Shown: piece by piece, positions 29,167-38,220 of the stretch
How the letters are laid out: each line of letters starts with the position of its first letter
Position numbering within the stretch: the first letter of the stretch is position 1
Virus record (IMG/VR): IMGVR_UViG_3300034101_005937
Span: 1-64,000 of that record
Source of the DNA: an uncultured virus (IMG/VR IMGVR_UViG_3300034101_005937)
Taxonomy: Duplodnaviria > Heunggongvirae > Uroviricota > Caudoviricetes
DNA length: 64,000 bases
Direction: 5' to 3' (one strand)
The notes under the pieces: generated by a model
Databases searched by the model: none
Told to the model about the DNA's origin: nothing
Seen by the model: the letters and a program-made list of their open reading frames with translations, nothing else
Program-made: the position numbers and the translations under genes

Positions 29167-31242
29167 ATGGTTAGTTTGACACAGTTTGCTAATAACAACA
29201 ATCTTGATGATTATAAGAAGCTCCATGAAGAGCTTGGTTTTGAAGAATATCTTAACAGATGTTACAGTAATCCAAAATTAGCTCGTAATTCTCATCAAAG
29301 AATTTACGACATGATCACTTCATTCGGAACAGAAGAAATTGACAAGTATCGCAAGAAGATCGTAACCTATAAATTTTTTGAAAATCATGAAGAAATTAAA
29401 GTTTTTGGTATCGAAGATCAGCTTGAGTCTTTGGTTGCTCATTTCAAGGGTGCCGCAGGACATTACGGTCCAGAAAAAAGAATCCTTCTTCTATGCGGAC
29501 CTGTAGGTTCTGCTAAGTCTACTATTTGCCGATTAATCAAGCGTAATATGGAAGATTATTCCAAGACTGAAAATGGCGCTTGGTATTCCTACAAGTGGGT
29601 CAATCTGCCAACAGGACAAAATGGCTTCTACACAAGCGACACTTGTGAATGCCCAATGAACGAAGATCCAATCAAACTTCTTCCTCTTGCAGTAAGAAAG
29701 CAAGTACTTGAGGAATTGAATAAGATTCATAGGGATAATGCTGATCCATCACAAAGAACAACTCTCTACAGCCTCAATGTAGAAGGTGAAATTAATCCAA
29801 AATGTAAGTTTTTCTTTGACAAATTGCTCAAGATGTACAATGGAGATTGGGTTAAAGTTGTAAATAACCACATTGTTGTTGTCAGAAAACAATATTCTGA
29901 AGCAGATAGAGTTGGTATTGCTTCTTTCCAGCCTAAAGATGAAAAGAATCAAGATAGCACAGAACTTACTGGTGATATCAATTTTGCTCTACTTCCAACA
30001 TTTGGAAGTGATTCTGATCCAAGAACATTTAATTTCGATGGTGAATTCTGCGTTGCAAATCGTGGAGTTATCGAATTTATTGAAATGCTAAAGCTTGAAA
30101 CAGCTTTCTTGTACGATCTTCTTGGAGCATCACAAGAAAAGTCAATTAAGCCTAAAAAGTTTTCTCAGATTAGCATTGATGAAGCTATCATCGGACATAC
30201 CAATATTCCTGAATACGAAAAGTTAAAGAACAATCAGTACATGGAAGCTTTGAAGGACAGAACTGTAAGAATCGAAATTCCTTATCTCCTAGAATGGAGC
30301 AAGGAACTCAAAGTATTAGAACAAGATTATAATTCAAATAAGATCAAGCAGCATATCGCTCCTCACACATTACAGATTGCTGCACTGTTTTCAGTCCTTA
30401 CAAGGCTTGAAGATGACAAGGACAATAAGATCACTTTGACAGAAAAAGCAGACCTCTATGATGGAAAGATGTTGCCCGGATGGACAATTGATAGAGTTAG
30501 AGAGATTAAGGATAAGAACCCAAATGAAGGTATGACTGGCATGTCTGCAAGATATGTACAGGACAAGATTTCTTCTACCTTATCAAGCAGACATGATTAT
30601 ATTAATCCATTCATGGTGCTGAATGCTTTGAAGAGTGGACTTGAGAATCATTCTCTTATTTCTAACAAAGATTTGGTACGCAAGTATCAAAACTGCATTA
30701 CTCTTGCAACTAAGAAGCTTGATGACATTCTTAAGAACGAAGTTCAAAAGGCTCTTGTGGGAGATGAAGAGGCAATTGTCAGGCTTTGTGCAAATTATAT
30801 CGACAATTTGATGGCTTACATCAATAAAGCAAGAATTACCAATAAGATTACTGGACGAGAAGAAAGTCCAGATGAAAAGCTAATGCGATCTATTGAGAGC
30901 AAGATTGATGTTCCAGAATCTACTTGTGATGATTTCCGGCGTATGATTGCAGCCTTTATTGGCGATCTTGCAGTAAAAGGTAAGACTTTCAGATGGGATA
31001 GCAACCCTCTTCTCAAGAAAGCTTTGGAATCAAAGTTGTTTGAGGATACAAAAGATCACATTAAATTGAGTGCATTTTCATCTGGAGCAACAACAGTTGA
31101 CCCAGATGTTCAAAAGAAGATTGATGCGGTCAAGCAAAGACTTGTTGAAAAATATGGTTATAATGAGCAGAGCGCAACAGATGTGCTTGATTATGTAAGC
31201 AGTATTTTTGCAAGAGGCGATTTAGCAGAAGACCTATTCTAA
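29167..31242 (+). CDS. prkA: PrkA/YeaG AAA+ serine protein kinase
   Basis: KRILLLCGPVGSAKST, PKDEKNQDSTELTGD, GEFCVANRG..EFIEMLK, EALKDR, IAPHTL. Confidence 0.95.
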   Translation: MVSLTQFANNNNLDDYKKLHEELGFEEYLNRCYSNPKLARNSHQRIYDMITSFGTEEIDKYRKKIVTYKFFENHEEIKVFGIEDQLESLVAHFKGAAGHYGPEKRILLLCGPVGSAKSTICRLIKRNMEDYSKTENGAWYSYKWVNLPTGQNGFYTSDTCECPMNEDPIKLLPLAVRKQVLEELNKIHRDNADPSQRTTLYSLNVEGEINPKCKFFFDKLLKMYNGDWVKVVNNHIVVVRKQYSEADRVGIASFQPKDEKNQDSTELTGDINFALLPTFGSDSDPRTFNFDGEFCVANRGVIEFIEMLKLETAFLYDLLGASQEKSIKPKKFSQISIDEAIIGHTNIPEYEKLKNNQYMEALKDRTVRIEIPYLLEWSKELKVLEQDYNSNKIKQHIAPHTLQIAALFSVLTRLEDDKDNKITLTEKADLYDGKMLPGWTIDRVREIKDKNPNEGMTGMSARYVQDKISSTLSSRHDYINPFMVLNALKSGLENHSLISNKDLVRKYQNCITLATKKLDDILKNEVQKALVGDEEAIVRLCANYIDNLMAYINKARITNKITGREESPDEKLMRSIESKIDVPESTCDDFRRMIAAFIGDLAVKGKTFRWDSNPLLKKALESKLFEDTKDHIKLSAFSSGATTVDPDVQKKIDAVKQRLVEKYGYNEQSATDVLDYVSSIFARGDLAEDLF

Positions 31243-31257
31243 TTTAAGGGGACATCA

Positions 31258-32448
31258 ATGCCAAGAAGGATTGATTCCGACCATAAAGACTTTAGAGATA
31301 TTGTCAGCGGTAGAATCAGAAAAAACTTGAAGAAGTTTATCAAGAGTGGCGAAGTATTTCGCCACCGTGGTAAAAACGGTAAAGTTTCAATCAAAATACC
31401 ATCAATTGACATTCCTCATTTTCTTCATGGTAGGAATCCTAATGGTGTTGGGCGTGGAGATGGCAAAGATGGCGACACCATCGGTAAAGATGGTGGACCA
31501 AAAGGAAATGGTAATGGTGCTGGACAAGATGAAAGCGAAGGCATCATCGTCCAGCTAGACATGGAAGACATTCTTCATTTCATGAAAGAAGAACTCAGTC
31601 TTCCTGATATCAAACCAAAAGAAAATGCCAATCTTGAAGATGTAAAAATCAAATATAATAACATTTCTCTTGTTGGTCCAGAATCTCTTCGTCACACTCG
31701 CAGAACAATGCTTCAGGCTTTGAAACGTCTTTGTGGCACTGGCGAAATCAACGAAATGTACGAAATTCCCGGCTTTAAAGATAAAGTCAGGATGATTAAT
31801 CCTATTAATAGTGACAAAAGGTACAGACAATATAACGAAATTGTCTTTCCTTCAAGCAACGCAGTTGTTATCTTTGCTAGAGATGCTAGCGGATCAATGG
31901 ATGATAATAAAGTTTCTGTTGTGTCTGATATGGCTTATTGGATCGACACTTATATCAGAAGTTTTTATCAAAGAGTCGAAAGACTTTATGTTTGGCATGA
32001 CGTTGCTGCTCACGAAGTAGATGCAAAGGACTTCTATAGGATAAGAAACGGTGGCGGCACCACATGTTCTACAGCTTTAGATCTAGTTGCAAAACAATTT
32101 GAGAATAGATTTCCTCCTAACAATTGGAACATCTATTTCTTTTATTTCACAGATGGTGAAAATTATGATAATGATAATGAAAAGTTTGTGTCTCTGCTGA
32201 AAAAGGAATTTCCTCAAAATATAGTCAACTTGGCTTCTATAACACAAATTGGTTCGTACACTTATAAAGGAACTGTTGCAGAAGCAGTGGAAAAAGAAAT
32301 TATAGAAGGAACATTAGGAGATAATGTGATTGTCACAGAAATTCCGCATGGTGTTCTTAAGGATGAAGAAAAACGGAACGAAGCAATACTAGGTGCTATT
32401 AGAGAAATTCTTGGAAATCCGTTCACAAGTGCGGATAGGACATTTTAA
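31258..32448 (+). CDS. yeaH: YeaH/YhbH (DUF444) vWA protein
   Basis: Gly-rich linker, DASGSM MIDAS, GGTTCS, WNIY.FYFTDGEN. Confidence 0.92.
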   Translation: MPRRIDSDHKDFRDIVSGRIRKNLKKFIKSGEVFRHRGKNGKVSIKIPSIDIPHFLHGRNPNGVGRGDGKDGDTIGKDGGPKGNGNGAGQDESEGIIVQLDMEDILHFMKEELSLPDIKPKENANLEDVKIKYNNISLVGPESLRHTRRTMLQALKRLCGTGEINEMYEIPGFKDKVRMINPINSDKRYRQYNEIVFPSSNAVVIFARDASGSMDDNKVSVVSDMAYWIDTYIRSFYQRVERLYVWHDVAAHEVDAKDFYRIRNGGGTTCSTALDLVAKQFENRFPPNNWNIYFFYFTDGENYDNDNEKFVSLLKKEFPQNIVNLASITQIGSYTYKGTVAEAVEKEIIEGTLGDNVIVTEIPHGVLKDEEKRNEAILGAIREILGNPFTSADRTF

Positions 32449-32450
32449 AA

Positions 32451-34046
32451 ATGAGTGATAAATTCTTATTTGGTTCACCTGTTCTGTTTGGATCAGCAAC
32501 CACCCCCGGTGTGCCAATTCCAGAAGAACTACAGAAACATATCCCTACCATTTTTAAAGCTTGTAAAGATTTTGGTCTTGATTTTTATCCAACCATTGTA
32601 CAAATGCTTTCTCATGATGAAATGAGTGAAGTTGCAAGCTATGGTGGATTTGCAGTAAGATATCCACATTGGAAGTTTGGCGCTGAATACGAAGAAATGC
32701 AACGTGGTTATCTGCACGGCAACCATAGAATATATGAAATGGTTATCAACTGTAATCCATCATATCTATATTGTCTAAATTCAAACACAATTCTTGATAA
32801 TATTACGGTTATTGCTCATGCTCTTGGGCATGTTCATTTCTTCAAGAATAACATTCATTTTTCTAGAACTAATACGAATGCTCATAATGAACTTGCCAAC
32901 AATGGATCTAATGTAAGAAAATACATGTCTCGATATGGAAGAGAAACTGTTACAGAATTTATTGATAATTTAATGCGTCTTGAAACACTTGTCGATCCAA
33001 TGAATATTTGGAAAGAAAGAAAAGCTAAAGAAGTTGTAATCACAGATAAAAGAGAATACTCTTTCCCAAGAAGAATTAAAACAAAAAATGATTACATGGA
33101 AGACTGGATCAATACAAAAGAATTTATTAATGCTCAAAATACAAAAATTGAAGAACGAGAAATATTAAATGATCTGAATATGATGGCTAACCCAGAATCT
33201 GATGTATTTGGGTATATTAAAGAAAACGCACCATTCAAACCTTGGCAACGAGATATTGCAGAAATTCTTTACAACGAAGCAATTTATTTTAGCCCACAAG
33301 GTAAAACTAAAGTATGCAACGAAGGTCTAGCCTCATGGACAGACTACAATATTATTGCTAAACAAGGCTATTGCAGCCTTGGACAAGAAGCAGAAGACGC
33401 TGGGATTGTTGAATATTCAATTCATAAAGCAGGTGTGCTTGGAGGCAAATATAGCACCAATCCATATAAACTTGGCTTTACTCTTTTGATGGATATTGAA
33501 GAAAGATGGAACAAAGGCAGATTCGGAAGCGAATATGAATCTTGCACAGATCCATTACTTAAAGAAAATTGGGATCAAAAATTAGGATTAGGTAAAGAAA
33601 AGGTGTTTGAAGTTTGCAAAAACTATGATGATTTTCAGTTAATTAATGAATTCTTTACTAAAGATTTTTGTGAAAAGAATGAGTTCTTTGAATATAAAAG
33701 ATATCCAACTGGTGAAGTTAAGATTGAAAGTCATGATTACAAGAAGATTAAAAAGAATCTTCTTAAGAAACATATCAATAGAGGATTGCCAAACATTAAA
33801 TTAGTTGAACCTAATTTTAAAGGGAATATTTTCTTTATACAACATTATTCTGATGGTTTAGAATTGTATAAACCATATGCTTATGAAGTAATTAAATCTA
33901 TTTGCCTTTTAATGAGACAACCTGTAGCATTGCAAACAATCAATCACAATAATGATGAAGTGTTTTATTATTGTCAAGATATGAATGGTGACTATTCGCT
34001 TGCTGATCCCAAGACGATTAGTAGGGAGCAATTGATGCGGCTATGA
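32451..34046 (+). CDS. spoVR: SpoVR/YcgB family protein
   Basis: RYPHWKFG, IYEMVIN, AHALGHVHFFKNN, YFSPQ..TK..NEG.AS, NPYKLG. Confidence 0.93.
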   Translation: MSDKFLFGSPVLFGSATTPGVPIPEELQKHIPTIFKACKDFGLDFYPTIVQMLSHDEMSEVASYGGFAVRYPHWKFGAEYEEMQRGYLHGNHRIYEMVINCNPSYLYCLNSNTILDNITVIAHALGHVHFFKNNIHFSRTNTNAHNELANNGSNVRKYMSRYGRETVTEFIDNLMRLETLVDPMNIWKERKAKEVVITDKREYSFPRRIKTKNDYMEDWINTKEFINAQNTKIEEREILNDLNMMANPESDVFGYIKENAPFKPWQRDIAEILYNEAIYFSPQGKTKVCNEGLASWTDYNIIAKQGYCSLGQEAEDAGIVEYSIHKAGVLGGKYSTNPYKLGFTLLMDIEERWNKGRFGSEYESCTDPLLKENWDQKLGLGKEKVFEVCKNYDDFQLINEFFTKDFCEKNEFFEYKRYPTGEVKIESHDYKKIKKNLLKKHINRGLPNIKLVEPNFKGNIFFIQHYSDGLELYKPYAYEVIKSICLLMRQPVALQTINHNNDEVFYYCQDMNGDYSLADPKTISREQLMRL

Positions 34047-34783
34047 GTCAACCAGCTTTAAGATTCGTTTTTCAAAATGCACCCGGCTTACCATTCGGTA
34101 AATGGTATTCTAAATTTGATAACAGTCTGGAAGATAAAAATGTTAAAATATTTTTATTCGGAGACAGATCTCTTGCTAATACATGTTTTTTAAAGTCTAT
34201 TATTCAAAAAAGATGTTTTTTTAATGTGTTTTGTGATGAAGAATTAATCAAAAATATTGATTATGTAAACAATTATATTAAAAAATATTGTGAAAGCATG
34301 TTGGTCAAAGGTGCTTTTTCAGAGTCTCCATTGAAATTTGATACTGATACTGATTTGGTTCTAAGAAATTATGAGAAAATTAATTTAAAAGAATTTTTTA
34401 AAGATGAGTGGCATTTTTATTACACAAACAAATCGCCACACTACTATAGACTTAGTGACCAATATGGCAATATGCCATTTGGTTATATATGGTCATTTTT
34501 CTTCACAGAAGATGAAACAGAAACATTAGTTCTTGATGATTATGTTCTAGAAAATAAACATATGTTTCAACATAGCATGAAGCTTACAACAGAACTTGAA
34601 CCTGAAAAAAAATATAAAATAATATTCTGGGATATGAACAAATATAAATTTGATATTAACAAAATCATGGGCGCTGTTAAAGAAAACGGCTTGCTATTGG
34701 TAAGAAATGGTGACTTTGAAGTTCCTAATATGATTGGTTGGCGGGATGTAAGAAATCGCATGCTTGGAGTGGTAAAGGTTTAA
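34043..34783 (+). CDS. hypothetical protein
   Basis: 246-aa ORF, ATGA overlap. Confidence 0.65.
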   Translation: MSQPALRFVFQNAPGLPFGKWYSKFDNSLEDKNVKIFLFGDRSLANTCFLKSIIQKRCFFNVFCDEELIKNIDYVNNYIKKYCESMLVKGAFSESPLKFDTDTDLVLRNYEKINLKEFFKDEWHFYYTNKSPHYYRLSDQYGNMPFGYIWSFFFTEDETETLVLDDYVLENKHMFQHSMKLTTELEPEKKYKIIFWDMNKYKFDINKIMGAVKENGLLLVRNGDFEVPNMIGWRDVRNRMLGVVKV

Positions 34784-34785
34784 AA

Positions 34786-34896
34786 ATGTTAAACGAAACA
34801 ATTGAATATTTTGCATTTTTAAATTTGACTTTTATGTTTATTATGTTTATGGTATACTTTAGTGTACTTGATAGGAAAGATGATTATTATGAATGA
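34786..34896 (+). CDS. small membrane protein (absent from ORF track)
   Basis: MLNETIEYFAFLNLTFMFIMFMVYFSVLDRKDDYYE, one TM helix; fills the intergenic gap. Confidence 0.4.
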   Translation: MLNETIEYFAFLNLTFMFIMFMVYFSVLDRKDDYYE

Positions 34897-35116
34897 TACT
34901 CAAGACATTTCTATTTTGATTAAACAAAGTCCTCTTGAAATGTTTAATCAAATACAACATCTCAAAAAACACAACGAAGAACTTCAATCTATTGATTCTT
35001 TACAACAAATGACAATCGAAAGATTGAATAAAGAAGTTCATCGTCTTCGTGAATCTTTGTTCTTATTAGAAGATCAATACAAAAGAAGTCTGGTACAAAA
35101 CACCTCCATTTGTTAA
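34889..35116 (+). CDS. coiled-coil hypothetical protein
   Basis: Probable ATG start MNDTQD. Confidence 0.55.
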   Translation: MNDTQDISILIKQSPLEMFNQIQHLKKHNEELQSIDSLQQMTIERLNKEVHRLRESLFLLEDQYKRSLVQNTSIC

Positions 35117-35152
35117 AATGTGGAGGTAATTTGTTGTTAGCAAGGAAGAGCT

Positions 35153-36496
35153 ATGCACATGAATATTGTTGGCTTTGAACATTTGCATTTACACAGCGAA
35201 TACAGTATCCTTGACGGTTTTGGGAAAATTTTAGAATATTGCGACAGATGGAGCACACATGGTGATTACCTTTGTGTTACCGATCATGGACTCATGGCAT
35301 CAATCCCAAGTCTAATCTCACAAACAGAACAATTTGATAAAAAGAAGTTTAAGCCAGTTTTTGGCTGCGAGCTTTACGTTAATCCTATTCACACAGAAGC
35401 AACTGAGAACGAAGAAGAAAGAAATAACTTCATAAAGAGTCTTTCTCCTGATCAATACGAAGCATTCAAAACATCAAGTCATATATTAGCCATTGCCGTT
35501 TCAAACAAAGGTTACGAAAACTTAACTAAACTTTGTAGCCTTGGTTGGTCACAAGGTTTTTATAGGAAACCTAGAGTTAATCATGAATTATTAAAGAAAC
35601 ACAGAGAAGGTATAATCTTTACTAGTTGTTGTTGCGCTTCAGAAGCAGCAAGAGCTTTGAAGCTATATGGAAAAGAAAAAGCAGAAGAAATGGTTCTGAA
35701 ATACAAGGATATGTTTGGTGATAACTTTTATCTTGAAATGATGTTGCTTGATTTTGAGTATCAGAGAGGTTATGACCAATTTTTAGTAGAAATGCATCTT
35801 AAGCATGGCATTCCTATGATTATGAGCAATGATGTTCATTATGCATATGAGGAAGATAGCAAGTATCAGACAATAATGATGTTGGTTAACACTAAGAGAA
35901 CATTAGCTGAAATTGAAAAGTTGAAGTCAGAAAATGCTGATGTTTTTGAATTGCAGGATAGAAACCTTTGGATGAAGACTGAAGATGAAATGAACAAGAA
36001 GTGGCTTGAGAAATATTCTGATGTAATTCCTTTGGAGATATTTGAACAAGCCAAGATGAATACTGTTAAGATATGTCGTATGGCAGAGAATGTTAAGTTG
36101 GATAGAAGTGTTAAATTGCCTAAGATTATTGATGAAGAGGAGAAATTGAAAGAATTAGTAATGCAAGGTTTGAAGAAGAGAGGGATTAGTAAAACTAATG
36201 ATGTTTATTTCAAGAGAATATTAGAAGAATTAGATTTGATTTTTAGAAAGCAATTTTCATCTTACTTTTTAATTGTTAAAAGTTTTACTGATGAAGCTAG
36301 GAGAATTAGTCATGAGATTACTGGTTTGGATGGTGTTTATGCGGTTGGACCCGGTCGAGGTTCTGGTGCTGGTTCTCTCGTCTTATATTTACTTGGTGTT
36401 ACTGACGTAGATCCAATCAGACATGACCTACTGTTCTCTAGATTCCTCTCAGAGAATAGAGGTAGTCAAGCTGTACTGAAGTTTAGTCAATCTTGA
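35153..36496 (+). CDS. dnaE: DNA polymerase III alpha, N-terminal part (PHP domain and start of palm)
   Basis: HLHLHSEYSILDG, TDHG, GCELY, NDVHY, GPGRGSGAGSLV.YLLGVT.VDP..DLLFSRFL; stops before PDxDxD. Confidence 0.93.
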   Translation: MHMNIVGFEHLHLHSEYSILDGFGKILEYCDRWSTHGDYLCVTDHGLMASIPSLISQTEQFDKKKFKPVFGCELYVNPIHTEATENEEERNNFIKSLSPDQYEAFKTSSHILAIAVSNKGYENLTKLCSLGWSQGFYRKPRVNHELLKKHREGIIFTSCCCASEAARALKLYGKEKAEEMVLKYKDMFGDNFYLEMMLLDFEYQRGYDQFLVEMHLKHGIPMIMSNDVHYAYEEDSKYQTIMMLVNTKRTLAEIEKLKSENADVFELQDRNLWMKTEDEMNKKWLEKYSDVIPLEIFEQAKMNTVKICRMAENVKLDRSVKLPKIIDEEEKLKELVMQGLKKRGISKTNDVYFKRILEELDLIFRKQFSSYFLIVKSFTDEARRISHEITGLDGVYAVGPGRGSGAGSLVLYLLGVTDVDPIRHDLLFSRFLSENRGSQAVLKFSQS

Positions 36497-36503
36497 TGTT
36501 TAT

Positions 36504-37856
36504 TTATTGTTTGAGTAAAGAAATTACTTCTGGATTTGTTCCTGTGTAATACTTTCTTAAGATTTGTCTCATTTTATTTTTGTTAGATGCATAATGAAGC
36601 AAATTATAAACATTATCAGAATTTAGTTTATCAATATTTTCTTTACCTAATATTCTTGCCATTTCTTCTATGTCATATGCATTACGAAGCAAACTATAAA
36701 CATCACTATTAGTTAATTTATTAATATTTTCTGGACCTAATATTTCTGCCATTTCTGCCATTTTATTTTTGTTAGATGCATAATGAAGCAAATCAGAAAC
36801 ATTTTTAGCAGTTAATTTATTAATATTGTCTGGACCTAATATTCTTGCCATTTGACCTTTGTTTTTTGTATAAATAAGCAAGTTATAAACATGATCACCA
36901 GATAATTTATTAATATTGTCTGATGAAAATATTCCTGCCATTTCATCTTTGTTTTTTGTAAGTCTAAGCAAACTATAAATATCATCATCAGATAATTTAT
37001 TAATATTGTCTGAACCCAATATTCTTGCTATTTCATCTTTATTTTCTGCATAATAAAGCAAAGTAGAAATATCGTCATTAGACAATTCTGGTTTATATTG
37101 AATTATAATTCTTGCTATTTCATCTTTGTTTTCTGCGTCATCAAGAAATTTTTGAATATCATTATTAAACAAATTTCTATTTTTTAACAATTTTTCAAGT
37201 TGGTTCAAAGGAATTTTGTTTATATCAGGTAATGGCTTCCTCAATATTTGTGGAATCACAAGTATCCTTCTCAACGCAGTACCAGTAAAAACAACACCTT
37301 GAGTTGGTTCGTTTTCATGAATTGTTTTAGTATTATGATCTACAAATCCATCAATCTCACATTTTCTTAAATTAGCATTCCATAAAACAGGTTTATGGAA
37401 TGCCATTTCTCTGGTCACAAGCCATAATTTAGAATAATTACTACGCAATTCATAATTGTTCTCAAGGCGTTCTATTGCAAGATCAACTTCTTCTTTTGCA
37501 AACACATTAAGTAAATCCAATCCTTTCTGATTATTTATATCAGAAGTCATGTGTAATATTTTTTCTGGTCTTGTAAACTCGCAAACATTAAGATAAGGTT
37601 GTTCTCCAGCAAATGGAACATTCATTTTCTTTTCAATGACAAAATCTATTGGATAAAAGTAAATGCCAAGAGGCGTATCGTATTTACTTTTTGGATTGAT
37701 GCCAACTTTATCAATCATTGTAAACGTAACAACAAGATTTTCTGGATTTGGATGAGTTTCTTGTATGTGTTTCAATGCAGTCAATGGCTCACGAAATTCT
37801 TGGTCCTTGACCGTTATTGTTTCAGATAAAATTAACCAAGATTTAAAGTTCATCAT
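36504..37856 (-). CDS. putative internal head protein with C-terminal 30-aa tandem repeats
   Basis: MNFKSWLILSE; TPLGIYFYP domain; repeats such as LSDDDIYSLLRLTKNKDEMAGIFSSDNINK. Confidence 0.7.
   Translation of the reverse strand: MMNFKSWLILSETITVKDQEFREPLTALKHIQETHPNPENLVVTFTMIDKVGINPKSKYDTPLGIYFYPIDFVIEKKMNVPFAGEQPYLNVCEFTRPEKILHMTSDINNQKGLDLLNVFAKEEVDLAIERLENNYELRSNYSKLWLVTREMAFHKPVLWNANLRKCEIDGFVDHNTKTIHENEPTQGVVFTGTALRRILVIPQILRKPLPDINKIPLNQLEKLLKNRNLFNNDIQKFLDDAENKDEIARIIIQYKPELSNDDISTLLYYAENKDEIARILGSDNINKLSDDDIYSLLRLTKNKDEMAGIFSSDNINKLSGDHVYNLLIYTKNKGQMARILGPDNINKLTAKNVSDLLHYASNKNKMAEMAEILGPENINKLTNSDVYSLLRNAYDIEEMARILGKENIDKLNSDNVYNLLHYASNKNKMRQILRKYYTGTNPEVISLLKQ
36560..37150 (-). 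repeat. about 7 imperfect tandem 90-bp coding repeats
   Basis: gataatttattaatattgtctga at 36901 and 36991; ttgttagatgcataatgaagcaaat occurs twice. Confidence 0.85.
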
Positions 37857-37858
37857 TT

Positions 37859-38152
37859 TTAGTCCAAGTGGCTAACTTCATAGTCATCAAATTTACTTGT
37901 CTTTGAAAAATCAATACTTGGTGTTCCTAAATCGCCAAAAGGCTTATCTGTGTTATAACCTTTAGCTCTATAGGGCAAACTCTTTTTGCCTTGTAGTGGG
38001 AAACCGTAATGCTTACCTTTGACAAATGTGTCTTCTGGTGCATTCGGATCAGGAAAAGCATAACTTTTCATGATGTCTTGCATTTTCTTACGAGAATCAC
38101 TGATTTCTAAATCTTTTTTATAAGCAGCTAATGATTTAATTTTTTTTGCCAT
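37859..38152 (-). CDS. basic hypothetical protein (late)
   Basis: SD GAGGTG; TAAATA on minus strand at 38170-38175. Confidence 0.65.
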   Translation of the reverse strand: MAKKIKSLAAYKKDLEISDSRKKMQDIMKSYAFPDPNAPEDTFVKGKHYGFPLQGKKSLPYRAKGYNTDKPFGDLGTPSIDFSKTSKFDDYEVSHLD

Positions 38153-38185
38153 TGTTCACCTCTATGCTTTATTTACGATTTTCGT

Positions 38186-38214
38186 TTGATTTTTACAACC
38201 AAATCTAGTAAAAT
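38186..38214 (+). promoter_or_regulatory. sigma70-type promoter for the dnaE C-terminal part, leaderless configuration
   Basis: TTGATT-17-TAAAAT, 6 nt, then ATG 38221. Confidence 0.65.
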
Positions 38215-38220
38215 ACCTAT

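Noticed and set aside
36560..37150. Diversity-generating retroelement or CRISPR-like repeats
   Set aside because: Repeats are in-frame coding units with general divergence; no reverse transcriptase or adenine-specific TR/VR pair is evident
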